DNA of 63,529 bases, filler included, from Salisapilia sapeloensis CBS 127946 (GCA_023334545.1; 8 parts of 8 records of this genome joined end to end with filler, not necessarily neighbours in it); one strand, 5' to 3'. Counted from the first letter of the whole stretch, positions 50,168 through 62,005 are shown. Notes: generated by a model from the letters alone, not told the origin. Program-made: numbers and translations.

Positions 50168-51628
50168 TTACATGGAGTACATTTGGATCTTGAAGGCGAA
50201 GACGGCAATGAGGAACCCGATGAAGTTGAGAATGCCACCGAGCAGGACAGGAAGCTTGTAGCCCATGGAGGTGTTGATGATTCCAGATCCCACTGCGAAA
50301 TTGATGAGCTGTCCTCCAGCGTTGGCAGAATTGATTGCACCGACGTAGACACCAATGTTGTTGTCACCGTAGACGTGGACAATGAGCGGAACCATCAAGG
50401 CAAAGATGGCAGTCTGGGAGATACTTGTGATGACGACCCAAAAAACAGCTAGACTTGGGTTGCTTGTAAACGAGAGAGCGATTAGAAGCGACTGTGGGAT
50501 GAGAGCGACGGCAATGGTCCACTTGGCTCCGAACTTCTTCACGCAGAACGGAAGCGCCCATGACGCGATGTACCCGACAAGGTTAAAGATGAGATCGGCT
50601 CGGCCGCCAGCAACCTGGACACCATGGTTGTAGTTTTCCTGAGCTGTCGTGCAGTCGTCTCCACATGCATCTGCGCCTTCAGCTTCTCCTCCATATACTT
50701 CCATGCCGAAGAACTGACCCTTGTTGCCGTTGTACGCTGTGTGGCCGTACTGCGTCAGCAACATCATAAACCAGTAGACAATTAGCGGGCCCGTGAGCTG
50801 CTTGATGCCAAAGTAGACCTGGTAGAAGGCATTACCAACCGCCTTGAGTGCTGGCTCAGATACCTCCGGCTTCTCCAGAGGCTTCTCCTTGGCCACGACA
50901 CAGCAAGCAGCGACAGTGATGACCATGACAACGGAGAGGAAGCCAAGGAACTCATGGATGGTCAAGTGAGCAGCTCCGAAGGCTTCGATGTAGCCAGCGA
51001 TGAGAAGAGAACCGACCGTCGACCAGCCTTGACCGAGCGAGGCACCGAGCGTTTGACGCTTTCCAGCAAAGTCAGCAATGATGAGGAAGCCAGGGGTCAT
51101 GACGACGTTGACCGTAATGTCCATCCAGATGTAGAAGATGATCGTGAACAAGGCAGTGTACGTACGGCTGGTTTCCTCGCCCTCTTTTCCAGAACCATAG
51201 TCTCCGCAAGCTTCTCCCATTTCACGCGTGTATCCCATGAGCGTCCAGCAGATAGCACTGGCAAGCGCTGCACCCACGAGGAACGGACGACGTCTACCGT
51301 ATGGACTCGTGGAGCGGTCACTGAAGACACCAGCCATTGGGGCGACTACAATACCACTGATAGGTCCGATGAACTGCGTAAGCTGGACGGCAAAGTTGGG
51401 AAGCATCGTACTAAGGTAGGGGCCTAGTGCTGCCCACTGAGCAGACCAAGCCATTTGCACTCCGAGACGAGGGAACGAAATCAGAAGCAACTTCCATAGC
51501 GGAGCACCTTCGTATTCTTCATCCTTTTCCGGATCCACAACGGAAGGCGATTCATGAGGTAATTTGGTGCCAGGCGAGATGAGGCCTTGTTCCAAACCAG
51601 CACCGAGGTTTGCGTCTCCACCAGTCAT
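50168..51628 (-). CDS. GPH-family (SUT/SUC/SLC45-like) sugar:cation symporter, MFS
   Basis: About 12 TM segments; GVQMAWSAQW, GVFSDRSTSPYGRRRPF and WMDITVNVV..IIADF motifs. Confidence 0.88.
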   Translation of the reverse strand: MTGGDANLGAGLEQGLISPGTKLPHESPSVVDPEKDEEYEGAPLWKLLLISFPRLGVQMAWSAQWAALGPYLSTMLPNFAVQLTQFIGPISGIVVAPMAGVFSDRSTSPYGRRRPFLVGAALASAICWTLMGYTREMGEACGDYGSGKEGEETSRTYTALFTIIFYIWMDITVNVVMTPGFLIIADFAGKRQTLGASLGQGWSTVGSLLIAGYIEAFGAAHLTIHEFLGFLSVVMVITVAACCVVAKEKPLEKPEVSEPALKAVGNAFYQVYFGIKQLTGPLIVYWFMMLLTQYGHTAYNGNKGQFFGMEVYGGEAEGADACGDDCTTAQENYNHGVQVAGGRADLIFNLVGYIASWALPFCVKKFGAKWTIAVALIPQSLLIALSFTSNPSLAVFWVVITSISQTAIFALMVPLIVHVYGDNNIGVYVGAINSANAGGQLINFAVGSGIINTSMGYKLPVLLGGILNFIGFLIAVFAFKIQMYSM

Positions 51629-52485
51629 GATTTACAGCTTGAATGCGACGAGTATGGACCCGAAGAGATTGCTTGGGGCTTCGGCGCAAATTGAAGAATA
51701 AGGACTTTGTCAGTAGTATACGGTGACTGAAGCCACAAGTCGACGACTGTCTTGGATCTGACTTTTACATTAGACGAGATATGTGTAGAGTAGCGTCCAA
51801 CGAAGTAAACGTGACACCTCGATTGAAGATCAGTTCAGCCTGCTAAATGGTGGAACTCCCCTCGTTGAACCTGACGTCTTTGACGACGAAACGGAACCAC
51901 ACATCTAGCGCTACCACCCGATGAGCTTGGTGATCGCCTTTTTGTAATCGCACTTCTATTGCTTTCGCCTTACTGGAATTAAAATGATTAATGCCATGTG
52001 TTGCATGCTGACATGCTAAATAGGTTCATCCAAACCTGGCTACACGTTTGAAACAGCACTACGGAATCCGAGAGACACTACATCCGTACTACGAACGCAC
52101 ACAGACGGTATGCGTTTGTCGGTCGTCTTGTACGTGTCAGCTAATAGTCCAGAGAGAGAGGTAAAATGCCTGTATTTTGCTGTCAAGTCATCCAAAGCTT
52201 ACAGCCATCTTCAAGCCATGTGGTACTCTAGCACAGCAGCACGCGAGGGGCTTTGATATACAGAGTAAATTGAAGGCGCTCAAGCTAATCTGTAGCCTTG
52301 CATGCAGCTGTCAGATGCGAGTGGATCTTTTTAAAGGTACATACGAAGCGAATCAGAAAGGTGGCTAGATACCCCGCTTGCCAGTCACAATGCGTGCGAC
52401 AAGCAGCTCAATCGTCAGCATAAATGCCAAAAGTTCAAGCCTCAATCCTGACGTGGTTGGATGCAGAGATGCTTGGGTTCTGTAT

Positions 52486-54233
52486 TTAGTCATTATTCTC
52501 TCCCTGGTCGTGCTCGCGTCGTTTATGATCAACCTCCTCTTCGTGCTTCTCCCGCAGGATGAGAATTTCAGCTACGCGCTGTCGGCCGCGCTCCCACTCT
52601 CTGTTTTTGATACCTTCCATTAGTTCGGCTGCTTGCGCTAGCCCTCGCTCGCGATGAGCATCTTCCTGACCAAGAAGCTTCCCGACGTGAATGTCGTGGG
52701 AGCCACCGAGAGCAGCCGCCAAGGCCTCGCGATCGTGAAGTAACGCTCGACACTCATCGGATATATAATCTTCATCGTCGCCATCGTCTGTTGTAATTCG
52801 TTCGAGTAGACTAGAAGCGAGCTGGTTTACGTTTTCAAAGAACGCATTCTCCAGCGCTTCGACTGCTCGAAAGTGCTCCGTTGCAATGTCTCTCGCTTCA
52901 CTCCCAGTCGAGTCCACAACGCTCTCCAATCCCTGTATAAGGCTTTGTGCACTTTCAATCAAATCGGACTCGATTCCGAGCAACTCTTTATGAAGTTTTT
53001 GTATCAAAACCTGAATCCCGTCAAACGTCTTTTCACCCTCCTTGTTACCGCTCGCTAGACTGCGCAGCATTGGCTTTACAGTTTGCCTGTACTCGTCCAT
53101 TGCAATTATACTAGCCTGTTGCGATTGTGTCTGAAGTTCATGGTACTTAGAGTTAAACGCGTCGACGTGGCCTGCTAGGACCTGGTGCTTTTCCAACAAA
53201 GCCATTTTCACATCTTCCGCCGCTGCTTTTACTTTTTCACGATAATCGTCGACCAAAGAGCTGAGTCCAGGAAGCACCTCAATCTTTACCAGTTCTGTGT
53301 CCTCTCGGAACATTTCTGTAAAGAGCGTCTATCATGCCCCGGTTACACAAGTCGTCAAAAACGTAGATATAAACACCAATCCAGGCACTTACCTCAATGA
53401 TAAGGACGTTTGCATTGTGCAAGATCGCAGTGTACTTTTGCTGCTCCATGTCCCGAGCTGCTACCGCGTCTTCAATCGCTCGGGCTTCTTTCATCTCCTC
53501 CAGTTCATCCTGGTACTGTTCACGTGCTTGAGCCAATTCTCCACCATCAATCAACGTATAGTCCAAGTAGCGTAATTGATCAAGATGGGCGATCACATAT
53601 CTGCATGCATGTGAAGGAAAGAATGGAAAATAAAATACGAGTATACTTACAGTCGATACTCCGGATCGGAGCACAAAGGATTTCCAGTCAAATTGAGCAC
53701 TCGAAGATTTTCAAAATCTTTCAAATACAACAACCCCTCGGTATTTGGCAAATTGTTTTTCCCAATCGACAGAACCTAAAAAATGTAAGAAAAGCATCAA
53801 GCACAGCCGATTCCAAGCCAAATACCTGTAGTTTCGTCAGCTTGTCTAAATTCTCCAACTTTGAAATGTTGTTTGAATACAGGCTTAAATCCTCCAGCTC
53901 TTCAAGCGCGTCGAGCCCACTGATCCGTGCAATGTTGTTGAATGAAAGGTCGAGCCACTTTAAGTGCACCAAATGATCCAAACCTTCGATCTCTTCAATC
54001 ACATTGTTATCCAGCTGAAGCTGCACGATCGACCGAAGTGTGGTCAAGTTTTCAATTTTAAAAAGCCGCTGGAAAGACAGCGTGAGCGACTTGAGCTTGA
54101 GAAAATCGACTTCCTCAACTGCCTCATCCACAGCATCGATATTTGCAGGATCGCTAAAGGAGCAAGCAGCGGTCTTGATCAAATCGTCACTCACGACCGC
54201 CACTTCGGGTTGCCGAATACCTAATCGATGCAT
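52486..54233 (-). CDS. DRC3: Dynein regulatory complex subunit 3 (LRRC48), multi-exon
   Basis: N-terminal LRRs (LTLSFQRLFKIENL..LQLDNNVIEEIEGL..LDLSFNNI), an LRR cap YVIAHLDQLRYLDY, then the coiled coil AREQYQDELEE and a C-terminal helical region. Confidence 0.85.
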
Positions 54234-54366
54234 TCTTCCCTCCCGAGCCTCTTTCTAGAGTGAAATGGCCTGGGAAGCTATTAATAGCTTTGTACGTTCA
54301 TTGTCAATGATAATGCAGTTCCACCGTCCAAGTTTCCATTACGATTTACAACGACATTCAAGCAAC

Positions 54367-55752
54367 ATGCCTAGGATTCGAATCGCTATTCGAATGCGAT
54401 CTCAGCTCGCACGAACTTTTGCACCGACTTGGAGAAGTCGCCACCGCGCCTCCTTTGCTAGACGAACCATGTCTGCCCTGACGTTCCAATGGGAAAATGA
54501 TGCCCAGCGTCAAGAAGGTGTAAAGCATTTCAACGCGTTTTTACAGCATACGCAGCAGCAGGTACAGTCGAATGCGAGCGCTATTGTGCACGTCGTTATG
54601 GGCAATGAAGCTGCAGATGCCGATTCGATCGTAAGCGCACTCGTTTACGCCTACCTTAAGCACCAGACTACGGAGGACACAGAGCAGCGCCTGTACGTCC
54701 CGATCATCCCTGTGCCGCGATCGGAACTCCGACTTCGATGCGAGGTCGAAGCACTGCTGAGTCAGCTGGAAGTCTCCCAAGATGCTCTCATCTTTATCGA
54801 TGAATTTCCTTGGCAAAGGATCTCTCCTGAGAATCTGTATATCACACTCGTCGATCACAATGCCTTAAACCTACGTCGTCTGAACCTCTCAGATGAATCT
54901 GCTATCCACGAACGAGTGGTGGAAATCTTGGATCACCATGAAGACACAGGAGCTCACACAAATGCGAAAGATAGAGAGATTGCCTTTGCGGATGGAAAAG
55001 CACTTGTCGCATCTAATTGTACCGTAATTGGCGAAAGGCTCCTCAAGTATGCAGACGCACTCGACAGTCACCAGTACGCTCTTTCATCCACTCTTCTACT
55101 TGCTGTCATCGCCCTGGACAGCGTCAATTTTGACCGAGATGCCCAGAAAGTTACGCAGAGAGACATTGACGCCGCCAATCGGCTATCTCCGCATGCCTTC
55201 GCCGGTGTCGACCAGCTCTTCCGATGGCTTCAAGATGAAAAGTTCGACATGAAGCACTGGGTCAACTTTACACTTGAAAATTGTCTTCAGTGCGACTACA
55301 AGGAATTCCCGTTGCCAAACGACTGCACTCTGCCTTCGACAAATTTGTTCCGATACGGCGTCAGTGCCATTCGGGTCGACCTGAAGACATTCTTAAGCAA
55401 GGCTAGTGACGAAGAAGAATTGGAGAAGCAACTGGAACAGTTTACGGAAGAGAATGGTTTACTCTTTTTAGTCGTGATGACCATATACATGGACGGGAAT
55501 GGTCAGCGGCACCGAGAGCTCTTGTTCTACGAAAAGCCTCAGGACCACACCTCCAGGGTCGCTGTCGGCCACTGCATCAAGTATTTGTCAGAGAAAGAAC
55601 CATCTCTCGAACTGACTCCGGTAGAGCCACCAGCGACGTGCGAAGGCGCTCCTATTCTACTGTACAGCCAGGGAAACGTCGGTGCATCACGCAAGCAAGT
55701 CGTACCATTGCTGCAGAGGGCACTGGCTCATCCACTACTGACAAAACTGTAG
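54367..55752 (+). CDS. PPX1: DHH-family exopolyphosphatase (PPX1/prune-like) with a probable mitochondrial presequence
   Basis: VMGNEAADADSIVSA, LVDHN, ILDHH and IALDS motifs plus a DHHA2 region (CDYKEF). The N-terminal 34 aa are Arg-rich and lack acidic residues. Confidence 0.88.
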   Translation: MPRIRIAIRMRSQLARTFAPTWRSRHRASFARRTMSALTFQWENDAQRQEGVKHFNAFLQHTQQQVQSNASAIVHVVMGNEAADADSIVSALVYAYLKHQTTEDTEQRLYVPIIPVPRSELRLRCEVEALLSQLEVSQDALIFIDEFPWQRISPENLYITLVDHNALNLRRLNLSDESAIHERVVEILDHHEDTGAHTNAKDREIAFADGKALVASNCTVIGERLLKYADALDSHQYALSSTLLLAVIALDSVNFDRDAQKVTQRDIDAANRLSPHAFAGVDQLFRWLQDEKFDMKHWVNFTLENCLQCDYKEFPLPNDCTLPSTNLFRYGVSAIRVDLKTFLSKASDEEELEKQLEQFTEENGLLFLVVMTIYMDGNGQRHRELLFYEKPQDHTSRVAVGHCIKYLSEKEPSLELTPVEPPATCEGAPILLYSQGNVGASRKQVVPLLQRALAHPLLTKL

Positions 55753-55854
55753 CTTTTTAAAATTCAGACAGCAATATAAGCTGAACGAAGATTACAAAGA
55801 AAAAGAATTGTTTTAGGCTTGTATACAGCATGCTTCAACATTCTAAATCACTTT

Positions 55855-56758
55855 CTAGTTATCCTGGGGATCTTCGACGTCTTTACTTGCGCATCCCAGC
55901 CAAGCTTCTTCTGATGCATTACATGGTTCACCAACGCCTCTCTCAATCTCCAACTGGCGATATCGGACGACATTTTGATTAACCGAGCAAGTTATTACCA
56001 TCAACCTCGAATTGTGGCAGATTCCGATTAGATCCTCTTCGCTCGCTTCGCCATCATACCCAAGTTCTTTTGGGAAGCATTGTCGATACATGACCCCACC
56101 ACAACCATCTACTGCTTCTTTCGTCAAAACAAAGTTGCCTTGCGATGCTGTGGACACGCACTGTCTTGCATTGAACTGGTCTAACAAAGCCAGTGTACCC
56201 TCCGTTGCCCTCGGCACATCTTCCGGTAGACACGGATCGCTGTCGTCTTTACTGGCGCAAAATGGGTGGGATGGTTGGCATTGACTGACGAAGCCATTGC
56301 AGCATACTCGGTTGTAGCTTATCATTCCAAGATTTACCACATTTGTTAGAGGCGAGAGATCTGGCAAACTTTCCAAGCTTCCCATCTTCACTAGAAAAAG
56401 TCTTTCGAGCTTAGAAAGCGATGCAAAGGAAGGGAGGTGCTTAACCTTACTGACGATTGCCAGCGTCATCTCTCGCAATCCGGTGGCCCCATCTAGCTTC
56501 GGTATGATCGGAAGGTTGGAATGCACCCCAAGATGGATCAATTGAAGCTTGTTCATCCCTTCAAACATATCCTCCGGCATTGAAATCAAATTCCGATTAT
56601 CTACGCGCCCTTCGATGTGTAGATATTCCAATTGAGTGAATCGCTTCGCCCAGGATGGAATTTCCTCCACACCGGTGTAAAAGAGTGAAAGCCTCTCCAA
56701 AGATGTACATTTTGCTAGTTCCTCTGGCCATTCGAGTAAATATCGATTGATAAGCTGA
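55855..56758 (-). CDS. C-terminal part of an oomycete LRR/WLGC-type membrane protein (5' end cut by the spacer)
   Basis: LRR-like LEYLHIEG, LQLIHLGVH and LREMTLA; Cys-rich cap CCNGF; terminal CNASEEAWLGC. Confidence 0.75.
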
Positions 56759-56858
56759 NNNNNNNNNNNNNNNNNNNNNNNNNNNNNNNNNNNNNNNNNN
56801 NNTTAATTAATTAANNNNNNNNNNNNNNNNNNNNNNNNNNNNNNNNNNNNNNNNNNNN
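56759..56858. other. Artificial contig spacer
   Basis: N run with TTAATTAATTAA. Confidence 0.99.
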
Positions 56859-57390
56859 ACACCAAGCTAGGAATACAAAAACAAGTGATCGTTCATCTTC
56901 AAGTAAGCCATAGGGGAGCGATCTTCGAGAAGACTTCCAGACACGCCTGCTGCTCGAAATGCGCACATCTGAAAAAGCGCGCGAAACAGTCGCTTCACTG
57001 GGTGAGCTCTTCGCTTTACTTGCGCTAGTGAGCTCTTCGCTATTATATCGGAACAGGCACAGTCCAGTGGTGGACGGAATAAGTAAGCGATATTTGCGAT
57101 TCGCACTGTACCCGTCCCAGCAAAACAGCGAAAAGCTCAATGTTGCAAGTAAATCGAATGACACTTCAATCTGAAGGACTTCGGACGATCAACCACGATA
57201 CGCTCGACATTGTTCCCACCAAGACATGACAGAGGAACGGAAAATACATGTGAATAGGAATAGAAAGGCGGATAGCGATGTGAGAGTAGGACGAACGGCC
57301 AGAGACTTCTGCATTCAATCCTATTACAGTTTTTGCGTCTCTGTTTACAATCCCTTGATTGCCTTTCATGATAATCCAGTACCGCTCAAC
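56859..57390 (+). mobile_element. Copy 3 of the dispersed decayed repeat family; its first 141 bp are identical to 63389-63529
   Basis: Homologous to the reverse complement of 20955-21450; carries an internal duplication of GTGAGCTCTTCGCT. Confidence 0.75.
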
Positions 57391-57720
57391 GGACCCGGGC
57401 TGAGTGGGCACCATGCGAATACATAGACACATTATATAGTCTTAATTGGTGAGGCCTGCTGCATTTGGACTAAAGTAGACGAAACGTTCAAATTCAGTCC
57501 TGTATTCGCATTTTAGTAGTCATCTACGAAGTGTCACTGCATATTCCGTGTCTACGCACTTGCTACAGCTATAGTCCATCGATTATCTATCATCTCGAGA
57601 ACGTGACTGCACACGTGTGGCAATCTCGGACAGCAAGGGAGCCTTCCAGTACACGGTGTACCTTGAACGGTCGTATACGTATTTTGATCTTTTTAGAGAT
57701 GAAGGATCGACTTGTGGACA

Positions 57721-58112
57721 CTCTAGACCAGCCAACTAGACACTTTCGAGCATGCTCTATCCATAGGTGCCAAAAGTGGAATTTTGAAAAACAAGAGCTT
57801 GGTCGTCGACTCGATCTCGCTACTATTGTCCCGACGTTCTAGGATGTTGTGTTGGCGGCTTGGCTCTATCGAGGCATACAAAAAGCTAGTTATTCAAACC
57901 AACAGCGCTGACTGTAAGGAAAGTGTTGCGAATTCTGGGCTTACTAGCTTTTTGTATGATCTCGAGAAGTCGAGGATCGAACGAACACTGGAGCAAGCGG
58001 ACAACGAAGTAGCGATCTCGAGTCGACCACCAAAACTTTTGTTTTTCGAATGTCCATTTTTGACATGGATAGATAGAGCGCACTCCAAAGTGTCTAAAGG
58101 GATGGTCTAGAG
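57721..58112. mobile_element. MITE-like fold-back element with diverged arms of about 105 bp (57721-57824 / 58008-58112)
   Basis: CTCTAGACCA..TAGACACTTT..GCTCTATC..GAAAAACAA..GGTCGTCGACTCGA..TCGCTACT aligns to the reverse complement of the right arm; no coding capacity. Confidence 0.65.
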
Positions 58113-58469
58113 GCTCTACATGTCATTCCTTGCCTCATGAGAGCTCGCTGAAAACCCCATCCGTCCTTTCAAGTATCTCCACTTGAAGTTTTTAAGAACA
58201 CGCCTCAAGCTAGAAAGCGAAAGACCAGAGGATGGAAACGCTGACAATGCAAATCAATGCGGCAGATCCACTTCTCGATGACGATAAATCATGAGAGGGA
58301 GGAATAATACGTATAACTTAATTATACTTCTTTGCTACAAAGACATTTGCGCTGTGTGCGAGTCCATCAGGTCTCTAGGACGCATAGACTATTTATAGTA
58401 TCCAATGAGATGGTAAACGGCAGGTACTTGCTAATAGGACGTTCCTCGAGATTAGACAACATCTCCTTC

Positions 58470-60116
58470 ATGGCGGAAACAAATTATGCAGATTCGACAG
58501 AGTGGATCATGGAAGCGGTAGCTTTATACCCGTACGAACCGGATGAAGAAGATGAGTTGGAACTAGAAGAAGGCGATGTGCTGCGTGTTACTGAAATGCA
58601 GGATGATGGATGGTGGATTGGCTATCTGGTCGACGATCCCCGAGCACAAGGACTCTTCCCTTCCAATTACGTCAAGAAATTGTCTGGAAAGCAGCAACCT
58701 AGCACGACCGCAAGCCCCACTATGAAGCGTACAACTTCGTCTAAATCTTTTGGCAATGAAAACACATCTTCGGCAGGACAGGCAACAACGACAGCAAGGA
58801 GGTCGTATGAAAATAGACTCGCTGCTGTTGAGGAACGACCGGGAAGTGAAGATAGCAACTATGCGCATGAGTCGCCAATAGATGATGAAGATAGGCTAGA
58901 ACGAAGTCACAGTCAAAGCCGAATTGGTTCTAATACGCAGTTGGAAGCAAGTATGAGAAAGGAAGAGCAGCAAAAGGTAGCACGAGTTGATCGAGAAATG
59001 TCCGTGCAAGACAAATGTGAGAAACGTACGAGTCCGTCGAAGAACACTCAAGGATATCCGACAGAGCAATTAAAGCAAAAGCGTACCCGCGAGAACTCTA
59101 GGTCACCAACAAAAGCCAGCTTAGCCAACAAAGCAGAAATTATGCAAGAACGAAGATTGCAGGAGCAAAGGAAGCAAGAGTCTGCTGCTGCGAATGCAAT
59201 TTGTCGCTGGGTGCTTCAAAAAACCTGTGAAGCAAAAGATCGAAATAGGCAAAGAAATCGACGGCGGCATGTTCAACGCAGGGAAGATGCCGCTATCAGG
59301 ATTCAACATTGGTTTGAGGCACAACGCGTTCGGCAGTACTGGAAGGCGTGGCGCCAACAAGAACGAGAGAGGGCGAGGAAGCAAGCGCTGGAGGAGAAAA
59401 GATTAGCAAGGGAAAAAGAAGAGAGGAGGCGGCAGCAGGAAGAAATGAAACGGCAGCAAGAAGAGAAAAGAAGACAGGAAGAAGAGAAAAAGGTAGAGCA
59501 AGAAGAGAGAAGGCGACAACGGGAATTGGAGAAGAGAGCACAAGAAGAGAGGAGGCGACAACAAGAAAAAGAGGAGCGGGAACTGGCAAGAGCTAATGAA
59601 AGAGATGATTCGAAGCAGAGACAGCTCTTACGGCAAGAATCGGTTGAGGTAGTAAAGACCATAGTTGCTCAGGAGCTTGACTCCAAGTTTCAAGATCAGG
59701 AAAAGAAAATCGTCGAGCTGCACCGGTTAATGTCGAGTATGCATACGCTGATGGACAAGCAAAGTAAAGTGTTAGAAAAAGCTTTTACAGTATCTCCACA
59801 AGGACAAATATCAACGCAGGTGTCCAATCCTCCTTCCCCGCACAGAAAGCCAGAGCCTCCTCGCACCATTGCAACAAAAGCTGGTCCCAATGTCGTTCGA
59901 ACAGGTTTTAAGCGACCAGGATCTTCTCGTCCTACTACTGGAAAGCTTCCGATTTTGCCCGCAACCGTAAAGCCTGTACGACCGTTGAAGCCGTCTGGGA
60001 TCAAGCCTCCCCGTGCAGGCATATACTCAAGCAAACTACCTCAACTGTCAAATAAGACGAGCCCAGACAAATCCACAAGTCAAAAGCGGAGTAAAACGAT
60101 TGAAAGAAGGTATTGA
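58470..60116 (+). CDS. SH3-domain protein with an IQ motif, an E/R/K-rich single-alpha-helix/coiled-coil region and a Pro-rich tail
   Basis: AVALYPYEPDEEDELELEEGDVL..DDGWWIG..GLFPSNYV is an SH3 domain; AAIRIQHWFEAQRVR is IQ-like; (E/R/K/Q)n tract. Confidence 0.85.
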   Translation: MAETNYADSTEWIMEAVALYPYEPDEEDELELEEGDVLRVTEMQDDGWWIGYLVDDPRAQGLFPSNYVKKLSGKQQPSTTASPTMKRTTSSKSFGNENTSSAGQATTTARRSYENRLAAVEERPGSEDSNYAHESPIDDEDRLERSHSQSRIGSNTQLEASMRKEEQQKVARVDREMSVQDKCEKRTSPSKNTQGYPTEQLKQKRTRENSRSPTKASLANKAEIMQERRLQEQRKQESAAANAICRWVLQKTCEAKDRNRQRNRRRHVQRREDAAIRIQHWFEAQRVRQYWKAWRQQERERARKQALEEKRLAREKEERRRQQEEMKRQQEEKRRQEEEKKVEQEERRRQRELEKRAQEERRRQQEKEERELARANERDDSKQRQLLRQESVEVVKTIVAQELDSKFQDQEKKIVELHRLMSSMHTLMDKQSKVLEKAFTVSPQGQISTQVSNPPSPHRKPEPPRTIATKAGPNVVRTGFKRPGSSRPTTGKLPILPATVKPVRPLKPSGIKPPRAGIYSSKLPQLSNKTSPDKSTSQKRSKTIERRY

Positions 60117-60299
60117 TTCGAACTCAGCAATAGAATTTGATACTTATATAAGTACATGGATATCTTATCGAGTGATTGAATGGGCTTTTGGTCGACATCA
60201 ATTTTCATACTTATCCGGTTTAGAGTTACTTTGTACTATCATGGACAGGTTAGAGCGTTTCGATCAGTGGTCTGAAAAGGCGCTTCATTGACAATTACC

Positions 60300-61943
60300 A
60301 TGGAGAATGCGTCTGGGTCGTACTTTGAGTCGTACATGCGCAATAATGCCTTCTTAAAGCACAGTGGAGAGACATCAGGAAACAAGAAGAAACTAATGAC
60401 CGATCGAAATGCCTACATTTCATTTTTAGAAGTTCAATTGGAACGTGTTTCCGCTGCTTGCTTAACGGTCCAAAGCTTTGAGAAACGAGTAGCTGAGGTC
60501 GAAAAGATTCAAGCTACATGTGAAGAGAAATGCAATTCCGTCTCGAAAATTGTGCGATTAAATCAAGATTACGTCGAGCAGGTTGGTGACCAAATGAGGC
60601 AAGAAGTTACGGAATCTCTGGATCGGATCAAAAAGTGGAGGCATGACGTAGATACTCAGATCGAAGAGCAAAAGGAAATGCTCCAGCGACTATGTAATGA
60701 GATGGAAGCTAAAGAAGAAGAACGAACGGATTTTGCTAATCGTCTACAAGCAGAGCTAAATGATTTGTCTGTCGTTATAAAGGAAGAAGTAGATGATGTC
60801 CGAACATTAATTGGAGCGAATGAGGCACGCATTGATAGCCTCCAGGTTACAATGAGTGAAATTGAAGTGTTAGCTATTGGAATAGAGAACAAAGTGGAGA
60901 AGTGCGTTCAACGGGTAATGTGAATATGCATACATGCAGACGCTGAATTTGACTAAGTGCTTTTTATACTTGCAGGAGTCGGAACGGCTGCAAGAGCAAT
61001 GCATGATAGCGTCAAAGGAAATAAATAGGATGAAGGATAAGATGGTACAGCTTTATGATTGCTTAAAAGGATAAATACCAACCATCTAAAATGTATCATG
61101 CAGAGACATCAGGCGTCTAAAGCGCATGAATCATGTCGAAGTGAGATGAATCATCTCGTTGATCAGTCTAATAGTGAATGGAAGGAAGCTGTGGAAACAT
61201 TGAATCATACAGTGCAGGAGTCTTCTACTTGTTATGACCGGGAGCTACTTGCTCTTAAAAAGATGCTCAAAGCATGCTATGAAGAGCAACAGTCAGTCAT
61301 CACGAGTCATAAAGAAGCGATTGGTGAACACGAGCAACAGCTAGCATCCGCCAAGAAAGAAAACGAGAAAGTTTCTATTATCGAAGATAATTTGCACAAA
61401 TTGAAAAGCGCACTTCGATACATGCAAAGCTGGCAAGAGGAGACACGGGAGCATGATGACGAAAAACACGAACAGATAGAAAATAAACTTAGTCACCTGG
61501 AGCGAATGACCTATGAAACAACCGAGAGCTGTCTGGAGTGTGTAAATAACCTCCAAGTGAGTTTATCAAAGACACTCTCTAGTATCCAAGACGAACTGCA
61601 TCAGACCACAGGAAACTCATACGCAAAGGCAGTGGAAACGATCGATACCAAACTGCGAACGATTGTTGAGAGTGAGCGTCAGCAACAACGAGACATGGCC
61701 AATCGCGTGAACGAACTTGAAACTATGCTACGAAAAACAAGATTACAGCAAGGCAATTCAATTCCTTTAGCATGTAAGAGCGAACGTGGGCCTCAGTCAC
61801 AAGCAGCATCGGAATCAAAAGGTACAAAGGCGAGTGGTAATTACGTTTCTCCAATACGATCCAGCTTTTGCCGCAATAGTGGCAGCGCAAGTGTGAAGAA
61901 GAGAGCAAAAGTCGCTCGCCAAGTAAATGCATCGAAGGCATAG
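60300..61943 (+). CDS. Conserved hypothetical coiled-coil protein, multi-exon
   Basis: DRNAYISFLEVQLERVSAAC N-terminal motif and long heptad-rich ORFs (60288-60923, 61059-61943) with GT-AG introns between them. Confidence 0.7.
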
Positions 61944-62005
61944 CTAGAAATGGAGGCTAGTGGGAACATGATTCATTGGATTTGAAGAGAGCCTTCGCAA
62001 GCAGA

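Noticed and set aside
56859-57390. TGA at apparent Trp positions as evidence for stop-codon reassignment
   Set aside because: Intact genes in the window use TGG for Trp, and some predicted genes end in TGA (for example at 3719 and 27302); TGG-to-TGA decay in a dead repeat is simpler.
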